Positions 13,520 through 28,139 of a DNA stretch of 64,000 bases are shown here, piece after piece (the first letter of the stretch is position 1; the number at the start of each line of letters is the position of its first letter). This DNA is from Camelus ferus (Eukaryota). The position numbers and the translations under genes were made by a program. The stretch covers positions 104,286,001-104,350,000 of the forward strand of contig NC_045696.1 of assembly GCF_009834535.1 (NCBI RefSeq). Direction: 5' to 3'. The notes under the pieces were generated by a model. That model was not told where the DNA came from. It did no database searches and was given only the letters and a program-made list of their open reading frames with translations.

Positions 13520-13678
13520 CATGGTTAGCATTGCCGATTGCTCGAGTGTGAAGACCCTCCACTGCGGCCAATTTCAGATGGCCAACGTGAGGTCCCCGAA
13601 CGCAGAGCCGGGAGAGGATGATGCCGGTGGTGTGAAGCGGCTTGCAGGCTGGTGTGAGCCGACTGGGGCCCACCACTG
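13520..13678 (-). mobile_element. hAT DNA transposon fragment (MER63-like)
   Basis: Minus strand cagtggtgggccccagtcggctcacaccagc...tgaaattggccgcagtggagggtcttcacactc...aatcggcaatgcta resembles MER63 as recalled. Confidence 0.45.
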
Positions 13679-15829
13679 CCTGCCCGGGAAGGACATGGAT
13701 GGAACAGAAGAACCCTTACTCCCATAGCAAAGGGGCTGGGTAGGGCTGGTAAGGTCAGGAATGTTCCTGTGGGGATTTCTTTCCAAGCAGGGAATGTTGA
13801 AAGAACCAGAAGAGAATTAACATTTGCTGAGCATCTCCTGAGTACTTTCCGACATGCTTTGCAGACATGATCTCATTTGATCTTTGTGATGACATTGTGA
13901 GTCAGCCACCGTCAACCCCATTTTCATATGAGGAGACAGAGACCCAGAGCTTTAAGTAACTTGCCCAAGGTGACGCAGTGGCAGAGCAGGATTGAAACAG
14001 TGCCGGTGAAAGCATAATGACTCCTGGGATTGAAAGCGGCGGAGAATGATGCTAATGAAGAAATTATAGGTAATTCCCTATGGGTGAATCCATTTTCATT
14101 TCACTCCATCACTCTGACATAGAAATCATGGATTTAAGACTTGGGAGGAACCTTGATTTAGCTTAACCCCTCATCAAACAGATAAGGAAATTGAGCTAAA
14201 ACAGCTAAAATAGGGATAGTAGGAAGATGGTCTGTGCTCTTGGAAGAAAGATCCTACCCCCCAGGGCAAGAGGCAAGGGCATCAGTGCCCTAATTTGGGA
14301 AGAACAGAGTGATTCCTGGAACTGGGATTGTAAATAAGCCCATGGGAGGATGTCTTCTTTCTTCTCCATGGGGCCTTCCCATGGACTCCAGGGACGTGGA
14401 CCCAAACCCAGAAGGGGGACACTGCTCGAGGATGCTGATGGCTTCACACCTGCAGGCCGCCCTCCAGCCGGGCACGTGCCCCACGGTCTCCATCTGAGGA
14501 AGGCTGCCTTCGTGAACAGTCCCTGGCATTTTGGCACTTCCCGGTGTGGCTTCACTTCCGTGCAGAGGAGGTGGGGAAAGCTCTGGCCCTCCCCTCACAT
14601 TTCAGCCTTTGTTTATTAGGGAGGAGCTGAGGGGGGACATCTCAAACCTGCTGTCCATCCTGCTTTGATTTCCTCTGTGAATCTGATTGCTTAGCACCTG
14701 GGTCAGATGGGGCCGTGTTACTAGGGGCAGGTCTCCATGCCTTCAGCCTGTAGGTGTGCTTCCCCATCCGTCCTGTGTCCAAGGACAGTGGGCTCCCTCT
14801 CTCGGTGGCCCACAGAGAAGCTCACCTGGGCGGAGCTGAGCCTACTCCCTCAGCTTCGGGCCACACTGCCTTTCTTCCACTCCAGATGGTTAAGTGGGTG
14901 AGATCGTCCTGATGGTGGAGGCATAAAATAGGTGCTTGGTTGAGATGAATAGACTAGTTTTGTCCCTACCATACTGTCTTGTGGGGATGTTGCATATATG
15001 CCCATAAATCTGCTGTTGTGCTACATGCGGTTCATTCACACTCATTCCTTTATGCGCCGATCAGTTGGTATTCACGTGCCAGGATGGCTGAACTCTGAAA
15101 GAATTGGTGGCAGAGCTTTTCACTTTTCTCTTACCTCCTCTGCAGGCTGTGACTCACACCTGGTTATGTGGGAGTACTTGGCAAAGAGTTATGGGGTCCC
15201 TTGCAGTTCACCCCAGGGGGTGGCCTCAAAGTCCCAGTTACAGGTTCTGAATCTGAGGTGCCGGATCACGTGTACTTCGCCCCTCACCCGCTGCAGGCAT
15301 TAGATTGGACTATGAATCTCTGGGATTTCAGAAGATTCAGGTTTAATGACCCAGCTCTGGCTCATGTCTATAAAAGTCAGGGAACCTTAGCGAAGCCAGT
15401 CGGCGCAGCAGGCTGGGAGACCCATGGAGAAATGGGGGCTCAGAACAGCAGTGGGAGGAGGGATGTTGGAGAGGAAAGAAGGACCCAGAGCAGGGCTGCC
15501 TCTGCTCCTGGCAGACCCTGAGGTCTGAGCTAATGCAGCAGCAGAGGGGCAGGCGAGCCGGGCCTCAGTGGTGGTGGGCCTCACTGTCTCCGTGGGCAGA
15601 GCTGGGGGCTTTACTGGATGGAGCCGGAAGCCATTTCCCTTTGCAGTGAGAGGGTAACTCGACCAAGTGGAAAGGAGAGGGGAATTATCAGCATGTGAAG
15701 TCCTTTGTTTGTTTGTTTGTTTGTTTGTTTCTTTCTTTCTTTCTTTCTTTCCTTCTTTCATTTGTTTCTTTTTTTTCTTTCTTTCTTTCTAAAAAATTTG
15801 TAAGTGTTTTTTTAAATTAAAAAAATTTT

Positions 15830-15912
15830 TTTTCTTAATGGAGTTACTGGAGATTGAACCCAGGACCTTGTGTGTGCTAAGCATGTGCTCTACCACTGAG
15901 CTCTACCCTCCC
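15830..15912 (-). mobile_element. tRNA-derived camelid SINE (Vic-1-like), with A-rich and (GAAA)/(CAAA) tracts extending to ~15703
   Basis: Minus strand gggagggtagagctcagtggtagagcacatgcttagc...gtcctgggttcaatctcc carries Pol III A and B boxes. Confidence 0.85.
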
Positions 15913-16245
15913 GCACCAAACCCTCAGCTTCTCGATGCAGAATGTCCAGGAAACGGTTGCCTGGGGGCATCCCCGCAGTTCATCCTGATGTGAGGAGGGC
16001 CACGGGCTCGGAAGCCCACATTCCTGGGTTCACGCTCTGGCCTGGCCACTTTGTGGTTTTATGACCTTGGGAAAACACATAATCTCTCTGAACCTCAGTT
16101 GCCTTTTCTTAAAAATGCGGGCAAGAACACCCCTGTAGGGTTGTTGTGAGGACTGTATAGGGTGGTACTTTTGAAAGGCCTGGCACGGAGCAGACACTTG
16201 ATAAATACTGATCTTCCTCTTCCATTCTTAATTCGCATTTATTTC

Positions 16246-16745
16246 TGTGGTAACTGGTCCCAAAGATGGCACCTGGTAAGCCAGGCTTCCTGGCAAGCCA
16301 CGTCTTGCCTCTGGGCTGGCTTGGGACTAGCTCTTGGCCAGCAGAATGCAGTGGAGGTGCTGCTGTGTGATTTCCAAGGCTAGGTTACTAGAAGCTGAAA
16401 TTTTGCTGCTTCCCCTGGGTCTCCTAGAAGCCTTGCTTTTGGGGTGTGGCTTCTCAGAACCCAGCTGCCCTCATTCTGTGGAGGGGGTGTGGGTAGGAGA
16501 TCGGGTTGACAGCCCCGGTGGCACTCCTAGGTGGTGACCCGCATCAATCGCCAGCCATGTGAGCCTGCAGATGGCTCCCACCCTGGCCTCTGCCTGGGGA
16601 CCCCAAGTGAGAGGCATTTCATCAACTCATCCAACCAAGAGAATGAATGAATGAATGAATGAATGAAAGAATGGGTTTGACTTGGTTTTGTTTTAAGCAC
16701 TGTTTTGCACTGGTTTGTTAAGCAGGAATAAATAACGGAAACCAT
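16246..16745 (+). mobile_element. Old MaLR LTR (MLT1-type) with internal (AATG)n
   Basis: tgtggt...aagatggc start; ggccagcagaatgcagtggaggtg...tttccaaggctagg; ttttaagcactg...gtttgtta end. Confidence 0.6.
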
Positions 16746-19204
16746 CAAGCTCTAACACTGATCATTGTGTGGAAATTCGATCGTGGCTGATTTGTTTCTC
16801 TGGGTTAGATATTAAACTATCTGGAATTCTTTTAGCATGCAAGGTCCATCCTACTCCGAGTTTTACTGGGTTTAGGGTGCAGCATAGCCTGAAGCCTTGG
16901 CCATGTGGGAGAGGGAAGGGGACGGGCGGAGAGGACAGCCTGTGGATTCAAGTTGGGGGTCAAGTTTGGGGGTCAGAATGTGGCCCAGGTGGCCTGGTTC
17001 AGTTCTCAGGCTCAAGGAGGCAGCACCTTCTGCGTCACGAGTCCCTGTAGTGAGACCAATGCTGTCCAGCTGTGGTGTTAGCCCGTTTTCCTCATAGCCC
17101 TGTGAAGCAGATGTGATCTCACCCATTTTCTAGGTGAATAAACAGAGGCTCAGAGATGTGGAGATGTGACTTCACCCAAGTTCACAGAGCCAATGAGAGC
17201 AGGGTCAGGCTTTGGGTACATTTCTGCCAGAATCCAAAGCCAAGTCTTTTTAAGCTGAGACTTGGAGCATCCTTCTGGGGGTAGTTCTTCCCCTATTCCA
17301 CGAGCCGCCCTTTAACACCAGAGACCTACCATGCACGTCTGGGTGGTGAAGGAGGGGCAGTTTCCCCTGAAGGGCCATAACCAAGGCCTGCTGTCCATCG
17401 CCTCAGAGGCCTGTGGTCCCAGAGCCAGGTCAAGGGCCCTCCCTCTGCTAAACTTCCAACCTAGTGCAAGCTGTCATTCTCCCCAGAACCCCGAGTTTCC
17501 CAGCAAGGCAGACCCAGGTCCACACAGGGGCAGGTGCCCGTGGGGCAGTCAGCTGGGGGCCGGGACTCCTGCCTCACTGTGGAGGCTCCGTCCACCGCCT
17601 TCACATGCGGCCCACTGCTGTCACCAGGATCCCATGCCGAGTCTGGGCCACTTCACCGACAAGGGAAATGAACTTGGAGAAGTTTAAAGTGGGAAATGTC
17701 TGGACACTTCCTCTCCCCAAGATAGAGATTTACATTTCCCTGCTAGCGGGCTCTCGGTGTGCCTGCTTTATCTTGAAAAAACTAATAAAATGTGTTTCAG
17801 CCCAAACAGCTTTCAGACTAAACCTACTATCAGATGGCCTGCTGATCACTCCTCGTCCACCTGCCCAGCTTTCTGTGGAGACGGCATCTCCCTTAAATTA
17901 TGGCCCAACCTCCTTCTCTGCAGTCAGGCCTATGGGTTGGGTCAGACTCGGGAAAGCTGCGGGTCACTGTGGGCAGAGCGAAGGGCCTGGCTCCCCCAGG
18001 GGCAGGGGCGGTGGCTGCCCTGTGCTGTGGGCTGCCATGTGGGGAGGGGAGCTGAGAGTCGCTGTGGAACGACGCCTCATGGGGAAGGCATGGTCCAGGT
18101 GCTGTGAATGTGAACATCGCTTCCTTTAATTCTCATGACAGCTCTGTAAGGTATTATTGTCTCTGTTTATGGGGCTGGAAATTGAGGCTCAGAGATGTTA
18201 AGTGACTAAGATTCTCTTCATTCATTCACTCAGCAACTCTTTCCCATCTCAGTTGCGGCTCCCTTGAAGCAGAGCCTGATGCAGGGATCTGGGCACATGT
18301 GAGGCAGTGACGGGATGCTCTCAGGAGAATCACAGCTGGAAGTGGGGGAAGCAGCACAGTCTGGGGAAAGGGCTGAGCCAGGATGTGCTCTCAGGTGTAG
18401 TCTTGCCTTGGCCTGAACCACTGAGGGGACTCTGAAGCATAAAGAGCACTGCAGAGTTGCCCTCCTTGAGAAAAGGGGGCTGAGCTCTTGCATCCTTGTG
18501 TCAGCTGGTCACTGCCCCCTGAGGGTGGTAGCACCACCTCCTAGTGTCCCGGGGTGAGGCACTCCTGCCATCCCAAGGCCACTCTCTGGGGATGGTCATG
18601 TGTGTAGTAGGCTCTTGATGCCAGCCAGTTCTTGCAGCAGGAGCTGGATGCCGGTGTGACTGACACTGGACGGTGACCTCACTTTGCCCAGGACTGAAGG
18701 GTTCCCAGGATGCAGGAATTTCAGGGCTAAAACCTCGGAGGTCCTGGGCAGTCTGGCACTGTGATACACTCTCCCTGGCAGCAGAGGGCTCCCAGTGGGC
18801 ACCAACCATGCCTTCTGCATTGACTGAGGGTGATGTGTAAAAACTCTTCTTGGTAATGAGGAAGTAGTGGTCAGTGGTGAAAAGACATGGTTCCTGCCCT
18901 CAGGAGCCCAGAGCCTGGTTGGGGAGACCACAAAGATGACAGTGGCTGCCTGGAGTGGAAGGAAACATGGAGGGCTCAGGAAAGGAAGGGTGGAGTCTAG
19001 GAAGGAGGACAGACTGGGTTTCCCAGAGGAGGTGATACCCGGTAAGAATCTGAAAGCTAAGAGGAACTTAGCTAGGTGAAGAAGCTGGGAGAGCAAAGGA
19101 AAGGTGATATTCTACTAATGGAAGTTTCAGGTATAAAGATAGAAACCCAACTTAACTACAGAAAAAATGTGGGCTATCCAAGGGTGGACCTGGGGATGCT
19201 TCGG

Positions 19205-20298
19205 GTGTTAGTTACCTAATGTTGAGAAACAAATTTCCCCAACACTTAGTGACTTGAAACAACAAACATTTATTATCTCACAGTTTGTGACGGTCAGGAT
19301 TTTGGTAGGGGCTTAGGTGGGTGGTCCTGGCTTCAGGTGTCTCATGCGGTTGCAGAAAAGACATTGGCTGGGGCATCCAGAGTCTTGCCAGGGCTGAAAG
19401 TTCCACTTCTGCAGTGGCTCACTTGCATGGCTATTGGCAAGGGTTGTCAGTTCCTCTCTGGCTATTGGCAGGAGGCCTTAGTTCCTGACCACGTGGGTCT
19501 TTCTTTAGGGCTGCTTGAATGTCCTCTGATGTGGCAGCTGGCTTCTACCAAAGCAAATGATCTAAAAGAGAGCAAGACAGAAGCCACAGTGCCTTTACGA
19601 CCTACCCTCAAAAATCTCACTCTAATTTCTACCGCGTTCTATTTATTAGAAATGACTCACTAAATCCAACCCATCCACAATTCCCCAGTTAGGCTCCCAT
19701 CCCTGGGAGGACTGTCAAATCATTTGTGCATGTATTTTGTTTTATTATTATTTTTTAATGCTTTTCCTTTTTTTTTTTTTAATTGAAGTACCATCAGTTA
19801 CAATGTGTCAGTTTCTGGCGTACAGCACAATGTCCCAGTCATGCATATACATACACATATTCGTTTTCACATTTTTTTCATTAAAGGTTATTATAAGGTA
19901 TTGAACATATTTCCCTGCGCTATACAGCAGAAACTTTTTAAAAATCTGTTTTTATGTATAGTGGCTAACATTTGTAAATTTCAAACTCCCAAATTTATCC
20001 CTTCCCACCCCTTTTCCCCAGTAACCATAAGATTGTTTATATGTCTGCAAGTCTGTATCTGTTTTGTAGCTGAGTTCATGGTGTCCTTTTTTTTCTTTTT
20101 TCTTTAGATTCCACATATGAGTGATATCATATGGTATTTTTATTTCTCTTTCTGGCTTACTTCACTTAAAATGATGATCTCTAGGTCCATCCATTGCTGC
20201 AAATGGCATCATTTTGTTCTTTTTTATGGCTGAGTAGTATTCCATTGTATAAATATACCACAACTTCTTTATCCAGACATATTTTAAACTCACCACAC
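19205..20298 (-). mobile_element. MLT1-type MaLR LTR interrupted near its end by a 5'-truncated L1 (~19740-20276)
   Basis: acttagtgacttgaaacaacaaacatttattatctcacagttt...; LTR resumes catattttaaactcaccaca after the L1 3' end. Confidence 0.75.
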
Positions 20299-23200
20299 TA
20301 GGTCCAACTGGATCCAGGGATGAAAATGAGGTTTGCCATTCTTTCCTTTTCCCTTTCCCTCCCTCCTTCCTTCCTTCCTTTCTTCCTTCCTTCTCTCTCT
20401 CTCTCTTTTCTTTTTTCCTTTTCTACTTTAGCTCCGCCAGCTGACAGATCTCTAGAGGCAGGAGGAAAGGATAGCTTCTGGCAGCCCCTGGTGAACATTC
20501 CTCTAGCTTCCTGGCCAAAGAGATAATAAGACTCATTCCTCTTCCTCTTCACTTAATAAAATCACAAGGGAAGGCTCTGATTTGCCTTATTTGGATAACT
20601 TGGCTATACCAGGACCAATCTTAATTCCAAGGGAAAGCTGTTCTCTGATTGGCTGAGCCTAAGTCACACGCTCATTCTTGTCTGGAAGGACTGAGTCTTG
20701 CAATCATTGTTTTCACGAGAATCACATGATAATTCTGAGGGAGGAAAGATCCACCCAGACCATGATTTCCATTAAATGTGATGGAGGCAAAGGGGACAGC
20801 TCCTGGAAAGGTGACAGATAAAGAATGTGGTATTTCCTGCCCAGCCAATTTGTGCATGTGAATTAGAATGTTGGTTGGTGACGAGGGCGCTGGAGGTAGA
20901 AGTAATAGGTGAAGCTAATGAGCCAAGAGTATGATGAAGGGAGACTTCCCATGCCACACCAAGGAACCAAAATCTACCTTGAAGCAAATGGCATTAAAAC
21001 TAGTATATGACTTGATCACATCTATTGTAGAAATATTGCCCTGGCTATAATTCAGAGGCTGGATTACAGGAGGCTGATTGGAGACAAGAATACTGGTTCA
21101 GAAACCATTTCAGTGACATAGAGGGAAAAATCATTTTAATAAGAATATTTAATGTCATCACACAAGGTGGAATTTTAGTTACTCTTGTTGGGTGACTGGG
21201 AGATTACTGGACAGGAGACTTTTCCTAGCCCTTTTCACCAAAATATATGTTAGAAATGCTTTGGTTACTCCTGTTAAACCCTTTCCTTCTGTCCCTCATT
21301 TACTCAATCAGTGTTTATAAGGCACTTACACAAGTCAATGATTAAGCCAAAGGAATGAATTTCTAATGATAAATATCAGGCATCTTGGCAGATTGGTAGG
21401 GGAGATATTTTGGGATAAGAAGGATACCTATCTCCTTGTTCCATGAACAAAACTGTTTCATCCCATAATAATTAAATGTAAGGGATCACTGCTTTTCACA
21501 TCTCTTCTTCACTGCACCTTCACAGCATTTACTGGCCATGTCCTCCTACAGGACTACAAGGGCCTGGCTATATGAGTGTGACCATCAGTGCAGAGCCTGT
21601 GACTTCAACACCAGTCATAGGTTTGCGGAGCTGGGCCAAATAACACCACCAGCAGTAGCCAGAATAGCAGTTTTGAAAGTTCCAGGCACTATTCTAAGTG
21701 TTCTATACGTATTATCTTGTTTGTTTCTCGAAACAGCTCCAAAATGTAAGTACTGTTAACAGTTGTCATTTTGCAGCTGGGAAAACTGAGGCTCAAAGAA
21801 GTTGAGTAAATTGTCCACAGTCACATGCTAGAAAGTGGCAGTTTTGAGCCCAGGTATCATGATTCCAACTGCACTGCTCTCTCCACTCTGCTGACTTTGG
21901 TTAACACACCACAGTCTGGGTCCACAACATGACCCTCTGGGAGGAGACTCACCAGTGCGGGCTGCATGTGGCATCTCCGTGGGTTCTATGGAGCTGGCAG
22001 ATGGATACTATTGTGAACTCCCCCCACCTCCCCCCACCCCTGGGGAACGTTTTGTTCTCCATGTGTCTCCAGGGAAGGTCAGGATTTCAACCGCTGTCAC
22101 TCCCCTGGGAAATAACTTGCAAGAAATAGCAAAGAAAAACTTGGCAACAAAAATGCAGCATATTAGAGCAGGAGAATACAGCATAACAGCAGGCGTTTTC
22201 TCTCTGCATCTTCATACAGGTGCTTTGCATTGAGAAGGGGCTCTGAAAGCATCCTTGAGCAGAATCTTGGGAAAATCCAGTCCAAGTTTGGTCATTAGGA
22301 ATGCAGTTCTCCAATACTGATTTTCCTTCTTCTGGGCATGGCAAGGTCAAAGTTGCACACAGCTGCCCCTTTGAGGTCAGATGTGGCCATATGATATGAA
22401 CTGGTGAGTAGAATGAGAGTGGAGTTGACGTATCTCAATTTGAGTGGAAGCCGTGCTCCCTCCCTTTGTCGCTGGGCTGGCAAGGCTGCAGGTGGCGCAA
22501 GCTCTGTCAGCCTGGGGCTCAGAGCAGCAAAGCCCAGCCCACCTGTGTGCAGGGAGGGAGATTTACACTTTTCTTAAGCCATTGATTTTTGGAGTTGTTG
22601 GTTACTAGATCACAACCTGGCATGTCATGACTGATACATCACATCTCTCTGTTCCCTTGCTGAAGGAATTACCCTGGGTCTCTAATTGAACTTGATCTAA
22701 GGGACAGATAATGCTTTGGAGACTGCTGTAGCTGGATTTGAGATGGACCCATTGTTGACCTCAAAGTCACGCTAATCAAAGTAGATTAAAAATAAAAAAT
22801 TGAAATGAGGATCATAATGGCCCTTGATAGATGTGTGGAAATTGAATTTTTCTAAGACCTTCTACATCTATCATAATTTTTACCCAGGATAACAACAAAA
22901 ACAATATGTGACAGATTCTATTTTTCAATATCTACCATCCCATTTGCTCTTCTGCAATGTGACCTTGGCTACTTTGACCAATAGAATAAATTCAGTGGAA
23001 GTTATGCTGTGCCAGTTCTGGGAGTATCTCTTAATTAACTGCCTCTTGCCTGCTGTGTTTAGGCTCTGAGATGAGTTACCATGTGGGGAAGGATGGGAGG
23101 GGAGGAGGGAGAGAGAGAGAGAGAGAGATTGGGAGAGAGATTAAGAAGTATTATTGTGCCAGATATGTGAGAAGCATTGTAAAACTGGATTCTCCAGCCC

Positions 23201-26200
23201 CAGAGACCCCAGCTGATGCCAGGTAGGGTTAAGATGAAACACTCAGCTGGATCCTTCCCCAGATCCTTAACCCACATAATCATGAGCAAGATGGATGGTT
23301 GTTTTAGCCACTACGTTTTGCAGTGGTGGTATACAGCACTAGGTAACTAAAACATAAAAGCAACAGTAAAACCTGGAGGTGGGTAAGGTGTGGCTTACTT
23401 CCTTATTTTAAAGATAAGGGAACTGATGCTCGGTTACAACCACTCCTTTCCTTGGGACCACAGTGCTGCTTGGTGGAAGAGGACGGATTAGAACACACAC
23501 GTTCTGATGATCAACTGAGCTCAGGGTTTTTCCGCAACAAGAGACATCTTGGCCCACAGGGTACTTGGGGTGTATCTTTCAAAGGATCGACATGAGAGGG
23601 AAATGAAGCCCAGAGACACTGTGGGCCTTGCTCAAGGTCACATGGGGAGTCTGGGCCACTGACCAGACAAGAACCCCCCATCTTCTAACTCTAGGGTCCA
23701 GTTCTCTGCCCTACAGGGTTCTGGTTTCTCTATTATCTGAAAGAAGAGCCAAATTGCTGGAACAATTAAAATGTGTCTTGTTGCCTTTGTTTCTTGGTAA
23801 TATTCTGTAAAAGCAAACGATAATTCTCAGGGGAATGTTAAATAAAAAGCTATAAAAGTATCTCATTGCCACAGGCTGAACATTTGAAGGGAAATTTGCT
23901 GAGTGTGAGCCGTATCGTTAGAGCCAAGGGAACTGAGGAGAGGAGGGAGTGGTTCCCGCTGCAGGGACTCCTGCCCCACAGACAGCCTCGCTCAGACCCA
24001 CCCCTGGCTGTTTGTCTTCTCGAAATAGAAAGAAAAAGATAAATATCTCAGTGACTTGCTTAATACAGAATATTTAATACTTATATATATCATAATTTAT
24101 ATATTACAGTTTCTAGAAAGGTGTAACCATTTTACCGAATGGTTTAAAGCCCCACTATTGTCTTCAGTATATTCTGTCAAATCTCCTTCTGTCCCTGTAA
24201 TGTTACCTCTAGAAGATAGTAACTTCAGGTGTTAAAAGGTCTGGTCAATTCTGAATGCAAACTCATCTCACATCTCCCTGCTCTCTTCCTTTCAGGTTAG
24301 AATGAGCCCAGCTTCAGGCTCTCCTGTGGGAAAGGGGGGTATGATGACCTTTTCTCTCTTCCTCTCTGTCCTTCCGCATCCCTGCTGCTGGCCCCGGCTC
24401 CCTCGACTTCTGCCCTCAAAGCTATACCCACAGCCTTGTCCTGGTGGATTTCCCCACCTGGCAGACACTACTTTTGAATACGATTCCATTAGATTGCCTC
24501 AACCCACTAAGCAGATTTGTTTTTGGGCTCAGATTTGTTTCATGTGCATTCCTTCAGGGACATACCGGGAGGCAGCTTTCCTGGGGAATTACAGACGTAC
24601 AAGAGAACAAACCAAACCATGCATGCACACTTCAAACCTCTGCTTATACCATGTCGACTAGTATCTCATTGACCAGAGTAAGTCCCACGACTGAGTTCAA
24701 CTCCAGAGGTAGGGAGGTAGGTAGACTATGCTCACCATGGGGTCAAAACAAGTCACATGACCAAGCCCCAAATCAACAGGATGGGAAAGAACACTTCCAT
24801 GGAGATGGCTGATTGGAGGGAATATTTGCTAATAGAAATATAGTTCACCACAGTCATTAAGATGGGATTCAGTTTCTGCAACTCAGCTTCTAGCTGGAGA
24901 GCAAACTGCCAGACCTCCTTCTTGCAAGCATCCTCCATCTCTCTGAGGGATTCTCTTCTTCCTGCCTTGAGCAGGTCACACCTCCCCCTCCATGGCAGAG
25001 GAAGGAAGGAGACCAGTTCTCTAATCCTACTTAATGTTTAATGAACTCTCTTTGAATGACTCATCTCCATTATATTCAGGGTGGAGTAGTGGATACTGGA
25101 CTGGTTCTGCTGTCTTTCAGCAAGTCTTGCATGGCTGTGTCTAGGATTTCTCTTTCGAATTGTTATATATGTGTCTCCTTTTGTTCTCAGCTTTGGAGCT
25201 TCAGCCAACCAAAGGAAAAGTCCAATTAACTAGTCTCTTTCCACAGAATTATGCTATACTTCCTCTCAGATGATCTGTTTCTTTTTTCCCCCTTAACACC
25301 AATCAGCGGACACCTTTCCATGCCAGCACATAAACACTTCTCTCATTCCTTTTAATGACCTTAGAGTATTTTAAATCATGGAGCTATCATTATTTAAATA
25401 CTCAAGCTCTTAAATGTAGCCATTTAGTTTGTTTTTATTGTTTGGTTATTTTGAACAGCTTTGCAATAAGTATCCCTGACATGCATCTTTATACACTTGT
25501 TTATTTCCACAAAATATATTTCTAATAGTGGGATTGCTGAATTAGCAATAAACTCCAAAAAATGATTTTTATTTTTTCATGGAGAAATTAAAATGTAGCA
25601 TAACATTTCCATACAACATTTCTTTACAACCCCTGTTGCAGAAGGCATTACTCTTTTCAGTTTTTGTAGACTGGCAATTCTGATGTGAAAGCAGAAAGTC
25701 CTGATGGTAAATCTGATTTAGAGTTGGGAAGATAAAGGCAAGAAAAATGCTTCATTTGCCACCTTTCCTTCCTCTAAATTTTGTTGTACACACACTGACC
25801 AACAGTGCTAGACTGAAGGAGTGTCTTAAGGTCAAAGAAGAGACCAGTCTTGGGGGTTTCTAGTTCTTAGCAGGGAGTCCAGAATCTTTGTAGCAGCAGC
25901 GTTTGGTGTTTTCTGAGCCAAAATAACCTGCCAAATGCAGGACTGACAAGGAGGACGTTCAAATAAACAGCCACTTAATGGGATGGGCAAGCTATAGATC
26001 ATGACTGACCCAGACTCCCTGATTTCATCACATACATCATGGAACATAAACTCTTATACTGAATGGTAATAAAAGGTAATATCTCAGCTTCTGTTTTTCT
26101 TTGTTATTAGAGTAATACCATTAACATTGTAATAACTTTAAAATACTTTCAACTTATTTCTTTTCCGATTATCAAAGAAATATATTCTCTTTTGAAAGTA

Positions 26201-28139
26201 GAATAAAAGTGTAAAGATGAAGGAAAAGATTTACCCCATAATCCCACCACCTAGATGTTTATAGAATAAACGCTGGTGTTTGGGCTCTGACTTCAGGATT
26301 ATTGCCTTGTTTGCTGAAATGGAGTATCACCCCCTGGTGGAAGCTTTGTGAATTGCGGGTCATGCAGGTGATCAATCATTTACTAAGCAAGAAACGGAGA
26401 AAAGAAAGTGATAGATTTGTTCACCTTTATTTCAAGACAAACGCTCTTGGAAGATTCAGTAAGAGGTGGGGAGACAGAATGGAAGAAGCACAGGCTTGGA
26501 ATCAGAGGAGAAACACAAATGTGATGGAGGAAGCTTCAAAAAAAGTTTCGTTCATTTATTCAACTCTCTTGCCATGAAGCATCTCTTCTTGTTACTATTA
26601 AGTTTCTTCATATTTTCATTGGCTGAAGTATAGTAAGTTGAAGAAAATGTAAACCCACTGTTTTGATTGAGTAGCCGTTTGGGAGTGAATTGAAAGGTCG
26701 GCTCCCCCATTTGAAAATTTGAAAAACAGGTGAAGCTATTTAACTTTTCTAACTTTGGTTTCTATGACTTTAAGAGAGCAAGATGAAAGAAAAAGAAACA
26801 AAAACAAATAAACAAACCCAACCTAAACCTTTCTCTCTTTGTATGAGAGTCTAGGTACGGAGAACTGGCAAAGTGGCTGTGAGGAGAGTTTGTGACCCGA
26901 GGCCCCGAGAAATGGGATTTATTTGCAGGAGCTAAAAAAGGGGCCCTTGGATGTGGCATGATCCTCTTCTGTTTAAATGGTGCTCTAAAAGGTTTCCGCT
27001 TTAATTGTATTGGTCGCCACAGGAGGCCAAATGCTCAGGCATTGCCTTGGCAACCCTCTGTCACAGATGGGGGCCAGGGAAGGGCAGCTGGACCGCAGCA
27101 GGAATTTCTGACCTTGTCAAGTTTGAGGGTCTCCCTAAATGTCAAGCTATTTCTGGCGCCTCCACAGGTTGGTGATTGTGCTTTCTGAAGCCCTTTGTAT
27201 ATTGCATTTATTCCTTGCCACAGCAGCTTCAAGTCTGAAAAGTGCAAGCTCGTGCGTGGGACGGGTGCTGCTGTTTCCTCAGGCTGTGCTCACTGCTTGG
27301 GAAGCACGCCAATTCCCTGGGGTCTTTGGTTGCTCTGTAGCCCAACACTGGGCCTTGCTAGGCCAGGAGATCTCTGTCAGCTGTTCACGGTGGTGATGGT
27401 GGCAGGTTCCCCAAGACTGTCCTGGGAAAAAGTGCAAAGAAGCAATTTCACCCTCATCTCAGTGCAAAATTAAAAAGCTCAGAGATTGGCCTTTGAACCT
27501 GGAGCCCCCGGACTCCTGCAGGCCGGGACACGGAGGTGGGATTAGGGGCTGCCGAGCTGCATTGAAATCCTGTGCGAAATCTTGTGTGTATGTGCTTTTT
27601 GCCAAGGTCTGTTGTCCTCTAGATTCTCAAAGACAGTCTAGTAATTTGGAAAGACTTCAGAACTGCTCTGCCTTACAAGAGGCAGGTCACGTTAAGACAG
27701 CTGAATAAAATGATGACCATTGTGTGGATTTTCATTGCAATTGTAGGAACAAATCCCAATTCCTGGGCATCTGCCATGGTCTAGTGCTGTGCTTGAGACC
27801 ATGGGGACGTATTCTCACTCTTTCCCCCTTGGTCATGACCATCCTTCCCAGTGGGTGGTATACAGTCTTCTTTCCCTGAGTGAAGCTCTGAGGCTCAGAA
27901 AGTGTCAACACCTTGACAGGGTCCTGCAGAGATAGAGTGGCAGAGACGGGACAGGGACCCAGGTCTGGTACCTCGATGATGGTGTCTCTCTGGGGAATCA
28001 TCCTGGGAAGGTGACATTGCTCAGATGTGGGGTTTTTTTTTTAAACAAAAATACAGGAGAACAAATCCACATTTTTATTTATTTGCTTTTCAATAAATTT
28101 AAATCCTTGAGGTGTAACCGCATCACACGGATTCTGGGT

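Noticed and set aside
15840..15912. tRNA-like sequence
   Set aside because: Degenerate with an A-rich tail; a tRNA-derived SINE, not a tRNA gene
27010..27030. CTCF-like motif cgccacaggaggcca
   Set aside because: Several mismatches to the core consensus
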